From the NCBI GenBank assembly GCA_002633005.1, contig NMRA01000780.1:87209-151208 (forward strand): 64,000 nucleotides of DNA, given 5' to 3'. Shown here in pieces: positions 51,976 to 64,000 of this stretch. A program made the position numbers and the translations under genes. The notes beneath the pieces were generated by a model. It had not been told where the DNA came from and made no database searches. It saw nothing but the letters and a program-made list of their open reading frames with translations. Each line of letters starts with the position of its first letter. Position 1 is the stretch's first letter. The stretch comes from Phoronis australis (taxonomy: Eukaryota > Animalia > Phoronida).

Positions 51976-52088
51976 GTTTATAAGCAGTGCAGTAGAGAGA
52001 TGTTCTCTCAGGGCAGATTGGCCGGCACCACCAAGCTGGTTGTCAATCATGCATTCTACGATGCCGCCATATTAGAGAACATGTTAAA
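51976..52088 (+). CDS. PNPLA8: PNPLA8 exon
   Basis: VYKQCSREMFSQGRLAGTTKLVVNHAFYDAAILENMLK; donor GTAAGT. Confidence 0.9.
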
Positions 52089-54113
52089 GTAAGTACTTTT
52101 AATGTCCAGTTTAAGGCCCGGGATCTAATCTCTGCACTTAAAACCTGGCTCGCAAATTGACCAATTGTGTAATATGTTTGGAGGGAATTTGGCAATTAAC
52201 TTTCTATGAAGGATACATTGGCATCTGGACAACTTTTAAATAAAAGAGGTCGAATTGATCTCTTAAGATGGGTCCAACCTATGTTGCAACCCCTAGTATG
52301 GCCATTTGGCGCCTTCTTCCCTGTTCATCAAACCAATTGAACAATCTTTATGAAAGTTGCCAGATGTGCTCTGAGAGATAAGAGTTAATGGCGGTCAGCA
52401 ATTCTTGGGGTGGGCGACTGGCATTCTCTTTTCACAGTGTTAGTTTCCTTCGCCTCATTGTCTATCTAAGTCTTAAGTCTGTGGATCTTTACGAAAATTG
52501 ATGTGTGTGGTCACATTGAGGGCAGCACGACTGACTAGTGTGGCAATCCGTACTTGTCTGGATGTCTATCAATTTTATTGATGAAGAGAGAGTTAGGTAA
52601 TGTTCATGTTTAGGCACATTTGACTTCTGTGGTGCTCATTTGTGGCAATTTGGGTTTATGTCGCATCTTCCTCAATATCTGTAGTGCCAGGCGAGTTTCC
52701 TGAGACACAACCAAGTACTCATGATAAATTGAACGTTTCCGACCATCAAAGACTGCAGTCATACTTAGAATGATGTTTTTAGGTGGACTAGTAGTCATGT
52801 GAGGAAGTTCCCGTCTTGGGTTGCATAATACGATGCCATATATGTCAGAAAGAGGGTACTGACCTACGTCGCGGTTCATAACCGTCACCTGCTTTCCTAA
52901 TAAATGGGTTGTTATAGCTATTTGTTAGAACGATGGGGTTCGCCCTTTCACCCGGTTTTCAGTATTAAAATAAAGACTCGTGTATGAAATGTTCTTTTGA
53001 CTTTCATTTATTTCTACGTTCAGTATTACAACATGGTGTTCAGTATTACAACATAGGCTTTCACGTGTCAAAGGTGTTCTCGTTCCGTTATCATCATGAC
53101 ATTTATGGCATCGTTCTAAGTAAGGAAGGAATTTCATCACGTGACTGTAAGTCCACCTAACCATCATTCTGAGGATGACCGCAACCATTGACGGTCAAAA
53201 ACGTTCAATTGATTGTGTCTCAAGAACTTCGCCTGATATTTGATTCTCCAATTGGATGAAATTATTTCTAGTGAGATCTGTCAAGTGTGTCACACAGGAA
53301 AGAGCAATAACATAAAGGCACATGGTTAGGTTTACATGTTATATTCTTCCACACATTTCATATAGAGAAATGAGTGGCCTCCTCATTCCAAATCTCCATG
53401 AGCCGATCCATTAGGGGTAGACCCAAATGACACAAACAAAAGAGCAACGATTGGCCGCACTGAAGTGAATAAGTTTGTGTCAATGGGCTTTAATTGTGAA
53501 ATTTGGCATTTTGGTCTTTGTTGACGAAAGCACGGTTGTTCATGATTTTTGGCGTTACTAGTGGTATTGCACTGCGTTAATGTTTACCACCAAGTTCTTG
53601 GATGAATCGTCTACTTGCATGTTCTGTATGAGGTGTTGATTTTCAAATGGAAATATTTGAATAATGAGAACCTTTACATGTTTACTGTTTACGATGCGAG
53701 TGGTAGACACATCAATACATTGCATTGCTCCTGATCAAAAAGTTTTCCATATTCTCCATTTTTAAATAATTCACGGTACCTTAGTTTTTCAATGAACTGG
53801 GTAATCTACACACCACTAAGCTGAGTGAAAAGCGCACTGTTTTAGATGATATCGGGGAAGTTTTTGTTCTCTATAATATGGACTTAGAAATACCGCATCA
53901 ACACATCAATTGTCAAAAAGCAGTCAGGAACCTTTTTTGATCTGAATAAAAATATTACTGCGTCCATAACCATTTGCGTGCTTTTGTGCTCTCGCTCAAG
54001 TAATGTATAAAAAGCAAGCATACTAATGCTGCTGGACTTTCTCAACAAGTATTGAGAAAATTTTAGAAGTCTAAATTTACTTGTACCATTGCTCTTGATG
54101 CTACTGTGTGTGA

Positions 54114-54300
54114 CAGTGTATTGGTGAACAGTATTGGTGAACAGTTGTGCCATCTGTTGTACAGTATTGGTGAACAGTTGTGCCATCTGTTGTACAGTAT
54201 TGGTGAACAGTTGTGCCATCTGTTGTACAGTATTGGTGAACAGTTGTGCCATCTGTTGTACATTATTGGTGAACAGTTGTGCCATCTGTTGTACAGTATT
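54114..54300. repeat. 33-bp minisatellite (CAGTATTGGTGAACAGTTGTGCCATCTGTTGTA, about 5 copies), PNPLA8 intron
   Basis: Direct inspection. Confidence 0.95.
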
Positions 54301-54726
54301 CATCAGACTTAAAACACATACCGACTCAAAAATTTCCTTGTAGTCACTGATGTTTGGTTATAGGTCGTGTATATCCTCAGTATTCTGGGTCTTAGGGAGT
54401 GTCAGTCTGTGAGAATTATCTAGTCGCAAAACACACCCAGTTCTTTTGGTTGAGACCAACAATCAGTGCAGTGTGAATAATCTCAGTGTGTTTTAAGCTA
54501 TGTTGACTTTCGGCATTAGCTGAATCAGTCACACGTGGCAATACTCCGGCCAACTTTATGAATTACCATAATTTTTTAATTTTTTTTTTACTTTCAACAC
54601 TGTCGACTGTCACTTTGTTGAATGTGGTTCTTTTTGAATTCATACTACGCTGATATTACCATATTCATTCTTGTACCAGAGTTCTGTTAAATGTATTAGC
54701 AGTTCCAAACTCCTTTCTTTTTTCAG

Positions 54727-54784
54727 GGAAAATATGAAAGACATGACAATGATACAGACAAGCAAATTGGAAAATGTTCCAAAG
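54727..54784 (+). CDS. PNPLA8: PNPLA8 short exon
   Basis: ENMKDMTMIQTSKLENVPK; strong polypyrimidine acceptor, donor GTAATA; phases 2/0 bridge the neighbours. Confidence 0.85.
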
Positions 54785-56281
54785 GTAATAAGTCACATAT
54801 CTGCCATTTAGTTTCAGCTCCAGACAACGGTGGTTTTCTAATCCAGATATCAATCTAGTACCTTATGCATCCATGTAATCACAGAAAATTATGTCGCTAC
54901 ATACCAATGGCGACCAATTTTCGAGCGATACCGCTGCGCCTCCTCGTAGTAATTTATATTTTTTACATTGGCCTCGGTATCCTCGAAGTTCCTTGATGTA
55001 TTTTCATGAACTTTGGCAAATAGATTTCTTCTGAGGAGGTGGGTATTCCATTTTTGGATGCATTGTGCAACCTTGTGTCCATTTTTTAGTCCGTTTTCTA
55101 AAGTCCAACTCTCTATTTGCCAAACCACTAAAACAACCATTGTGAAAATCTTTGGATGTCTTCCAGAGATGTGTTGCTGTGGAGCTGACAACACACGATA
55201 ATGAGTTCAGGCATTTTTAGTTAAACCCTGTAAATGATTCGCAGATTATCTTAAAATATGGCAAATAAGTTTTCATGGGGGAGACGACAGCGATTCATTC
55301 CAACTATCAGACAGCTTTGATGTTTTCTGCACCATATAGTGGCCATTTTTATTACACTAGTCAACACCTTCAGGTACTTGTCATCTTTGCAATGCTTCAT
55401 GTTGCTCTCGTTGAGTTTGCAAAGATCTGACAGTTTGTTGTCCGTGGAGATCATAGACAAAGCATAAAATAACAAGCCAACTTAAATAACTTGTTCTCAA
55501 GCGACATAAATCACAACTTATTTGTCAAATCATTTGAGACTAATTTCATATCAGAATAAAAGTTTTCTTGTGATTAAAGGCAGGCTTATAGGGGCTTTAA
55601 ATTCATCAGTTTCATTGTGCAACAATGCAATTTATTTCGGCTAGACAGCGTTTTATTTCTGTAAAGTCAGTTCTAATGCGGTTTTGCCCTGTACCACAGC
55701 CGGAAGTTTGATGACACTTGTACAATTTTTTTTGAAAAAGTGCGATGTGCCATCAAACGTGCCTGGTTTCTAATATTTGTCGAAAGACCCAGCAAACAAT
55801 TTAATTTTTGTTAATTATAGGAAAGAAATTCAGTCCATAGCATCATCTATATAATCTTCACAATTAAAGCCACAATAAGTGACATCCTATCGTTAAAAGC
55901 ACATTTTGTGTTCAAAAGCATATTCTTTGCCCTTACAAAATGATGTTGTGGTATTTTTTCCTTTAACCTTGATGGTAGTAAATCAACTACAATCCCTCTT
56001 AAACACATACTTTCTTGATAACTGTATCCAAGGTGGACGTGTTCTGAAGCAATTAAAACATATCATTTCTTCTTGAGGCTATATGTCTCAAATGAGTAAA
56101 AGTTGCTTTTTGACAAAGGGCACAAGTTCATAGTTTACTCATTAAGTAAATTATTCTGTCTACTAATTTTGCATTCCTTCAGAATTTTTGGGATCTGAAC
56201 ACAGAGTTGCTCATATTACAATTGATCCCTCGCTGTTTAATATTAATTTTCTTTTCATCATTAATCGTTGATCGTTGTCTC

Positions 56282-57065
56282 TTTTTATGCGCCCACGTAT
56301 TTATATGTGGGTGCATATTGCCGTCATCTCTGTCTGGGTGTCTGGTGTCCGCGGCTCTATCTCCTACACCTCTTGCAGGATCTTATTGAAATTTTGCAAG
56401 TGTGTTCCTATGGGGTTGACGACAGAGGGCGACGAGTTTCGGACCGACCCGAATACCACTTTGCCCCTAGTGGCCATTTTAGTTTTTGCGTTTGCCTCTA
56501 TATCTTCAAAGGTCCTCAACCGATTTTTGTGAAATTTGACACATAGGAATATTTAATGAGTTGACGCTACCCTTTCGTTTTCGGATGGATTCGAGGCATT
56601 TTGCGCCATCTAGTGGCCGTTTTTACTGTTTTCGAGTCGTTTTTTGGTTTCCGCCCCTCTAACAACCAAACTACTTTAAGGATGATTGTGAAAATTGGCA
56701 TGTATGTTCTTTCTATGAAGGGGACAGTTGATGATGTTTTTCCAATGACTTCGAGTACTGTGACGCCTCCTAGTGGCGTTTTTTTGCACCCATATCTGTA
56801 TCTCCTAAGCCCTCTGCAGGATTTTTATTAAATTTAGCACGTGTATTTAGATGAAGTTAACAAGAGAAGACGACAACTTTTAGACAGATCCGACGAACAC
56901 TGTGCCCCCCTAGTGGCAGTTTCTTTTTTTCGTTTTCCTCCGTTTCTCTGAAGTTCCTCGACGAATTTTAATGAAATTGGTAAATGGCTTTCTTTTAAAG
57001 AAACGATGACATTTTCTGGTTTTCAGACGGATTTGACGTATTTTGTGCCATCTAGTGGCCATTTC
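56282..57065 (+). mobile_element. Dispersed repeat with internal ~145-bp tandem units (possibly Helentron-associated/HINE-like)
   Basis: Five units each carrying CTAGTGGC. The 5' part aligns by eye with the reverse complement of 37950-38145 and 27660-27750. Confidence 0.65.
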
Positions 57066-57152
57066 GATGATACAAACAAAACCATCTAAAAGCACACCAT
57101 TTGCCATGCATTCGTAGTCACATTTCAACGCTCCATGTTGCTCTTGTTTCAG

Positions 57153-57344
57153 TTTGCTGCCGTGTCCTGTCTAGTTAATGTACCTGTGTTGACCAACTAC
57201 CTGTTCCGTAACTATAGCCTGCCAGCCAATGTCCAGCCCCACTACCCAGGCAGCTTCAAGCACAAAATGTGGGAGGCTATTCGTGCCTCGTCTGCCGCCC
57301 CAGGCTACTACGAGGAGTTCAGGCTGGACGACACTATTCACCAG
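57153..57344 (+). CDS. PNPLA8: PNPLA8 exon
   Basis: FAAVSCLVN...YLFRNY...WEAIRASSAAPGYYEEF (patatin ASSAAP). Confidence 0.95.
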
Positions 57345-58476
57345 GTGTGTTATGGTGGCAAGGGTTTAATGTCTTCAGTTTATTGTTCTTTGCAGTCTCA
57401 CCTGTTGTAAGTTGTTATCCTCTTAAATAACAGCTTTGGTGTGCCCGTTAAGTGCTTCACTAACTGGCATATCTCATAAACTGGATGTTTATTGTGCGTC
57501 TTGATCAGCTTAGTACTTCCCAATGAAAGCTCTTAATATAAACCTACCTTCAGAGGTCAAAAATAACTTTTGGTTTTAGATCATTTAACATTTGATCCAA
57601 ACTGAGATAAGGAGTAGTTTTTGGTGCATTAAACAAGCCACCATTGAAAGATAGTTTACGGTTCCTGCAGAGTATTAATCATCTCCCAGTTCTTCCAAAG
57701 CTTGGGAATCTAATCTAAGCTGATTAAGGCACTAGTTAAAATCAGTTTTATAAAGGTAAGTGTCGTAAACTAAAAGATACTTTATTTATAGTTTCTTGAC
57801 ATAACGCAGGTTTGTAGCTGCTTGAATTAGTTTCCTTCTAACCTTATTAATGTTTGCCATTATGGATAAATCAACTTTCACTGACATGTTATTTTTAAAG
57901 CTCCGTGGGTTTTTGGTACGTGCACCTGAAGCCACAGATGCAGGTTCACGTTCCCGTAGGTCTAAAGTTGTGCATTTATAGTGGCTGCTTTCACTTCACC
58001 AACAATTGATTAGATGTCAGTACAAGTGTACTGAAGCATGCGAGTGAATGGATGTGACTCGATGTTGGCCGTAATTCTGCATAAAGCAAGAGTCAAATGA
58101 TAACGCAGTGTTCATTATTTAATATTAAGCAGTGTTCATTATTTAATATTAAGCAAGTGAAATATATTTTGTTAGTAACATATATTTTGCATAAAACTGT
58201 AATTTGTTGATTTTATTTTAGAACTAGCACCATACTCTGAGGCAGACATTTCATGTCTCAACCTATTTGTCAGCTGTAGCCTCAGACCGTAGATAGGCTC
58301 AAAGGTTAATGATTTGACCGTTGTTGTTGATTAAGGACATTCACTCTTGCAACTATATAGTGACTGCAGTTTAACAAAAAGTTGAAGGTGAAATGGGCAG
58401 TAGTTGTTCTACAATGGCATTGCATTCAGTGAGGCTTGAAATCAGTTGTAAAAACAGTATGTACATGTTTTATTAG

Positions 58477-58675
58477 GATGGGGGTCTGCTCACCAACAAC
58501 CCGACAGCCATTGCTATCCACGAATGCAAACTGCTCTGGCCCCATGACTCATTTCAATGTGTTGTGTCGCTGGGGACAGGCCGATACGAGGGGACGTCAG
58601 AGGAAGCGGAGCCTAGTTATAGTACACTTAAGCGGAAACTGTTAAAAGTGGTGCAGAGTGCTACGGACACTGAAG
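58477..58675 (+). CDS. PNPLA8: PNPLA8 exon with catalytic Asp
   Basis: DGGLLTNNPTAIAIHECKLLWP...CVVSLGTGRY...SATDTE. Confidence 0.95.
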
Positions 58676-59605
58676 GTGAGTGGATGGATTGGTTTCGATC
58701 ATCATTGACAAAACAGATTCTCGTCAAAAGTGGATGCATATATCTTCTACCTATTTACAATTAGTCTTCTTTAGATTCAAACTTTGCTATGATCGTATTT
58801 TTAAGGTCATTTGAACGTGTTATGTGTTCTTTGTATACGAGTCCTTTAGCCACAGATCCAATGACTAGTTTCATCCTTTTTCAACCGACAACCTGTGCTG
58901 TATCTTTCTATTATAATTTTCATTTGTTGACAGACATGTTGTTTTTGGTCTCTTGCATGGAGTTCACAAAATGAGTAGAATGTGAGCAAAATTCCCTAAC
59001 ATAATATTTTAGAATTGGTGCCTCAACTTTTCAACTGGTTCATTCACAGCTCTAAGCATTCATTTTCCCCATAGTCTGTCTGAAGATGGCTTTGTAATTA
59101 TTTCTAGTTCCATCAGTCGAAATCGCACTGGTAAAACTGCCAGTGGTTTAGTTTCAGTTGACAAAATGGAGTTTGCGCTGTGGCAAATAATAATAGAAGT
59201 TTCATTTTGCCCTATTTATGAGGCTAAAAAAGAAACTTGAATTTATTATGCCTTTTCTCTCTTAATGTCAGTCTCATAAATATTTTTTTTTGTGATAGTA
59301 TTCTATTCCTATTGCCTGCAAGACCATCAAAACCATCTGCAACTCAAAAAAACACTTCGGAATTTATTAACTGAACATTGCAAATTCGAAAATGGTGCAC
59401 GTAAGAATTGCCTGAAATAGTTAAAAAATAGGATGAGCATGGCCATTTTTTACCCCTTGCTTGGGTAAATACATATTAATGACAACTAGCTAAACCACTG
59501 TGAAGTGGCCCTTTAAGTTAAATTATTCTGTTTTTCAAAGAAGACAACTAGGATTGGCAAATTTTGCTCGTTTTAATTTCAATAGCTTCTTGTCAACCAT
59601 TTCAG

Positions 59606-59856
59606 CGGTTCACACAGTGCTGGGGGATCTTTTGCCACCACGCACCTACTATCGCTTCAACCCTTACATGTCGGAGGACTTTTTATTGGATGAGATTCGA
59701 GAAGAGAAGACAGAACAGTTGGTGCAAGACACGAGAATGTACCTGAGGAAGAACGAACATAAATTAGACCTAGCCGGTAAACAGTTGTTACTAGAGAAAC
59801 GACCTCATGAGAAGTGTAGAGACTGGGTGAAACTTCAGTCAGAAATGTTACGATGA
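59606..59856 (+). CDS. PNPLA8: PNPLA8 terminal exon (about 616 aa total from 48664)
   Basis: VHTVLGDLLPPRTYYRFNPYMSEDFLLDE...; TGA stop. Confidence 0.93.
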
Positions 59857-62800
59857 CTCTAGTAGCTAAAGAGATTGGGTTTTGAGAATTAAAAGATCTT
59901 AATCTCAACGAGAGTGCAGAAAAAGTAACCACGTTTGAATGTGCAACTTTTTCTTTGAAATCGGCATTGACTGGCAATCAGTTTCATATCATTATGTCTC
60001 CAGGAGTTCCCTTGTTTTGGGTTTCCAAAAATCTTGGTGATCTTGTTGAAGCCATTTACTGCCAACCCGAGTTCATGAACTTTTAACTGCTTAGGTAAAA
60101 GATTACTCATACATCAAAGTGCTATGCTGATAAGGTGTATAAAAATCTGGCTAGTGGTACTGAATTACACGGTGACATGGCAAGAGGCTGACAGAGTGTT
60201 GGTTTGAGGAGTCCACTGGTTCGGGGCTAGGCGTGGATTTTGCCAAAGATGGTGAACTCCAGACTGAGTTATTGAGACCTCCACCCTGATTGACTATCTA
60301 TTTAAACTCATTGGAGTTTCTCATGGCTTTTTTATTTTTTATTGATGGGAAAGCTTAGATGACAGCCGGTGGTGAGGAGTTTGAAGTTGAAGAGGTGTGA
60401 GCAAAGGATACCGAGTCATGACCTGAGGACTTTAAGAGTGGCTGAAGTCGGTGTAGTCATTTTATTACGTACATTTGTCAAAGTAGTGACTTCAGCTCCG
60501 ACTACTGCCCTGGCTTTCTTAAGGTTCCATCTTCCCAAAGGCTGGAGAGTACATAGCTGTCAATATTGCTTTCTGCAAGATTATGTAACTGTTGTCTGTT
60601 GGTTGTAGTCTTTTGAATAGTAGTGCAATGATCATTTGTATGGATTGGTGTTTGGAGTTTGCGGTAGGAGTTATGGACAGCACAGGATTGTGCGATGGTT
60701 GACGATGATGGGCACTGGCAGTATTCAATGGGGGAGGTCATCTTGGTGGCACTTTGCAATGTGCAGGAAAGGGATCCCAAAGTTGGGAGGGATTTGGATT
60801 GGGAGGACATTTTTTGCAGTGAATAGGGGGGGCATATCCCGGTTGCCCCCTCCCTCCATTTTAGGTTTGGAGGGGAAAACTAGTCTACACAGTGGCTTGG
60901 AATTTATTTTGTGAATGGTTGTAAATCATCACGCACAATAAGCGTTTTGAAACTGACAAAGACAAGGTCAGTGAATGTAGGTCTTTGTGAACCTTTCTCT
61001 TAGTCATACAACTTGCCCTATTGGTCTGTGTGAGCATAGACTATAGCACATGAACCACCAATTCCGTATATTTTCAAGGAATGAAATCTGTCATCTTATG
61101 CCTAAGCTGTAACGTCATTATTCACTAGCGACATCTGGCAAAATTAGCAAGTTTTACTTCCGGTAAGTACGTCGTCTGCTAATCATGGTCGGCTGTTGTT
61201 TGGTCGAGTGCCAAAAGTACTCACCATACCAACAGTTCTGTTAATTATTGGAAGACTTTGAACAGCATTTCAATGCCGAATTTTTTTTCCGTTGTACTGG
61301 ACATTAAAATAGATGTGAGAATTTCCTGTCACAATAAACTAACGGGAAACTGAAATTGGTAATTTAGGAGAGTGGCGCCTCCTCTAGAATAGTACGTAAG
61401 AAATTGTCGGAGTTGTGATTCTGTTGTCTATAATCTATGGCGTGAGTAAACACAACTGAAAGTCTTTATGGTCGTGGCTGAGAAGATAATTGTTCTGTTA
61501 CCCCCTATGTGTTTTGAATAGCCCTGCCTGGAATGCCCCCTCCCCCTGGTTAAAGCTGTGATGACGTGATGTTGACCTGTGTTAGGGCAATATTCTGGAC
61601 TTAATTCTTGGTTGACACCACTGTGAAAAATACTGTTCTGTAAATCAATGTTGTTGCAACAGATGAGAGTAATTGATGAATTCAGAGTACATGTACTGTC
61701 ATTGGGAGCTTCTCTGAGTCACCCTAGTGTAATAAAGTGTCATTTATCTGTTCTTGTTTATTACTTTGAGTAATTTGGTAGTCGTGATCAAGAAATGCGG
61801 CATTTAAAAACCACTCAGTTACCTTCCGATTCAGTGGTTCCGTATGCAATAAGCTGGTCAACATTTTTTCCTCAGGGCCAGTGCCAGTGTCAAGTATTAT
61901 GAACCCTACAATTGGAAAATTTGCGCTTGGTGAGAGAATAATGTATTCGTTTGAAAAGAACTGTATTATGTGAGAAAAGAACGCTGTTAATGAGAACGCC
62001 CCCTTGCGGTCACTGAATGGGAGTGGGTGAAGATTCCCTATACAATGAAGATTCCATGTTTATGGTGCACTCTGCCAATTAGGAAGACGTAAATCTAGTC
62101 ACACTGGCAAATGTTACCGCTTATCTGCGTGTCTAGGCCCGTGGTGTCCGATGTCACCCCGTGTGTATTCCCCTGTGTCTAATTCGTGGGTACGTACAGC
62201 ACACATCACGAATTTTTGTCCAACCGGTCGGAAATTGGTCGGTAATTTAATATATCAACCTGGCACACTGCAGACTATATAGAAGCACCAAAAAACTGTT
62301 TCCCGGAGCGTGGAAAAGTCAGCGGACACGAAAAATGTTTTGTTTCACTAGCGCCGTAACGCCGCCGTGGGGACGTAACGCGAAAGTTTTCAGTTTCCTT
62401 GAACCTAGAACTACGAAAGCGCACTAGCCCACAGAAATAAAATAAACCATTTATCTCGTTATCTCAACTTTTTATCTTGTCATATCTGAGCTGTAAATTT
62501 CGAGTACCGGTAACACAGAGCATTGAGCGCTTAACGGCGAAAGATCTAACCACATGTCGACTGATTTTCAAAAAGACTCCGCCGTAACTCAGGGGACGCC
62601 AGACTACGGCACGGAGTCGCTCTCAAAATACCTTTATAAAACTATTTCTGTGATGTCATCTCCTCGGACGACCATATCCCTTCCCTCGTTCCATTCAGTT
62701 TCCAAAAGTCCTTTTTCTGATTGCGTGAACCGTTTAGCCAGTCTGGACCCACTGTACCCTCAAGCCTGTTGCTTCCGATGACTTGTTTTGGCTCTCCATC

Positions 62801-63819
62801 TATGACATCTTTTTTCTGTAATCAGTTCTGTGAGGAAACCTTTTCCTCATGAGGAGAAAAGGGTTATGATCTTTTTCTACTCATTTATTGATGACAAAGC
62901 CACCAGGAAAATAGGCGTCTGCACTGACTCTATCTACAACTGTGTGCTGTCATTGAAACCCACGTGATCACAGCTCCATTGAAGCACTTCAATAGTTTCT
63001 TTGTTGGGTTAACCCAGCTCGACACAGTGGGGTGCCTTAGATACCTTAAATCAGGTTTCATTGAACCCGCTCCCTGTAAACAACAGCTAAATGGAGCGTT
63101 GAAATGCACCCACGACTGCAATGCAATTCCAGTAGCGTTTTTAATATCGTAAAATGGCTATTAAACGGCACAGAACATATTGAACCTATCCAAAGCAAGG
63201 CGTCGTCTTCTCTCTAAGAACAATTTCAGACAAAATTAAATGAAAATCCGCAAAGGAACTCTAAAGATAGAGGCAGGCGTAACTCACTTTTTTGAGAAAA
63301 AAAAATGAAATTTCCATTCGGAGGCATATCAGTGGTCCAATTGTTGTCTAGTTGAGAATAGGACTACTCACGCCAAATTGTGAACTTGCAAGGGATTAAG
63401 TAGATGTCAACAAGAGCAACGCGGAGTGTTGAAATTCGCCCACGACATCACTGCAAAGGGTGTGCTTCAATGAGTATGTTTAGAATTACAAGAATATCCA
63501 TGAGATGTGGCATATTACGTGAAACCCATCCGAATTGAGAAGGTAGCACCATCTCTTCAAAACATAACTATTTGCAGAATTTCATGAAAATAAGCCAATG
63601 AAATCACATTAGGTGCCACAGCTATAGTCCGATATGTCATCTCTTGCCATTGGCGTTGCCGTTTCTCATGGGATGTATAATAAAACGGTTGGCTAATCTA
63701 GTGTTCTTCTAAAATGCTGATTATATAATTGTCCAAATGTCGTGCAAAAAAGAGAAACGTCTCTCGTAGGATGTATGACACAACAGATGACTGGAAATAG
63801 TGATTCCACATATATCGAG

Positions 63820-64000
63820 TCCTCAGTGGCTCAGTGGATACAACACAAGACCAGCAATCTGAAGACCGGTGGTTCGATTCCCAGTGGAGACAGCACAAGA
63901 CCAGCAACCTGAAGACCGATGGGAGGGACAGCAAAAGACCAGCAACCTGAAGACCGGTGGGAGAGACAGCACAAGACCAGCAACCTGAAGACCGGTGGCG
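63820..64000 (+). repeat. tRNA-derived SINE head followed by 38-bp tandem copies of its interior
   Basis: A box TGGCTCAGTGG and B box GGTTCGATTCC, then repeats of GACAGCACAAGACCAGCAACCTGAAGACCGGTGG to the window end. Confidence 0.7.

Noticed and set aside
53884-54343. Repetitive ORFs and a CRISPR-like 33-bp repeat
   Set aside because: Head-to-tail repeats with no unique spacers and no cas genes; an intronic minisatellite in a eukaryote.
56183-56240. Candidate PNPLA8 exon after TTCCTTCAG
   Set aside because: In-frame stop in the required phase; 54727-54784 fits both phase and homology.

Overview
AT-rich eukaryotic (animal) genomic DNA with GT-AG introns. Gene content and repeats suggest an invertebrate, possibly a lophotrochozoan, but that is inference. 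Six genes can be assembled by hand, with consistent splice phases in the five that have more than one coding exon: two tandem Cys-rich caveolin paralogs (+, 5.6-11.8 kb); a secreted acidic two-EF-hand protein (-, 13.7-14.8 kb); a highly divergent class A GPCR with a single coding exon (+, 32.5-34.1 kb); TMBIM4/lifeguard-4 (-, 7 coding exons, 36.7-45.8 kb); and PNPLA8/iPLA2-gamma (+, 8 coding exons, 48.7-59.9 kb), head-to-head with TMBIM4. The rest contains small non-autonomous DNA transposons (several with 5-bp TSDs), a dispersed repeat family carrying ~145-bp-spaced CTCF-like motifs, tRNA-derived SINE heads, minimal hammerhead-like motifs, minisatellites and weak candidate exons of unknown genes. 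Two local duplications end exactly at single N bases and are probably haplotype/assembly artefacts. I found no prokaryotic-type system (CRISPR, operon) and no proven novel system. The best leads are the microswitch-less GPCR, the CTCF-motif array, the palindromic element between the divergent genes, and the hammerhead-like motifs.
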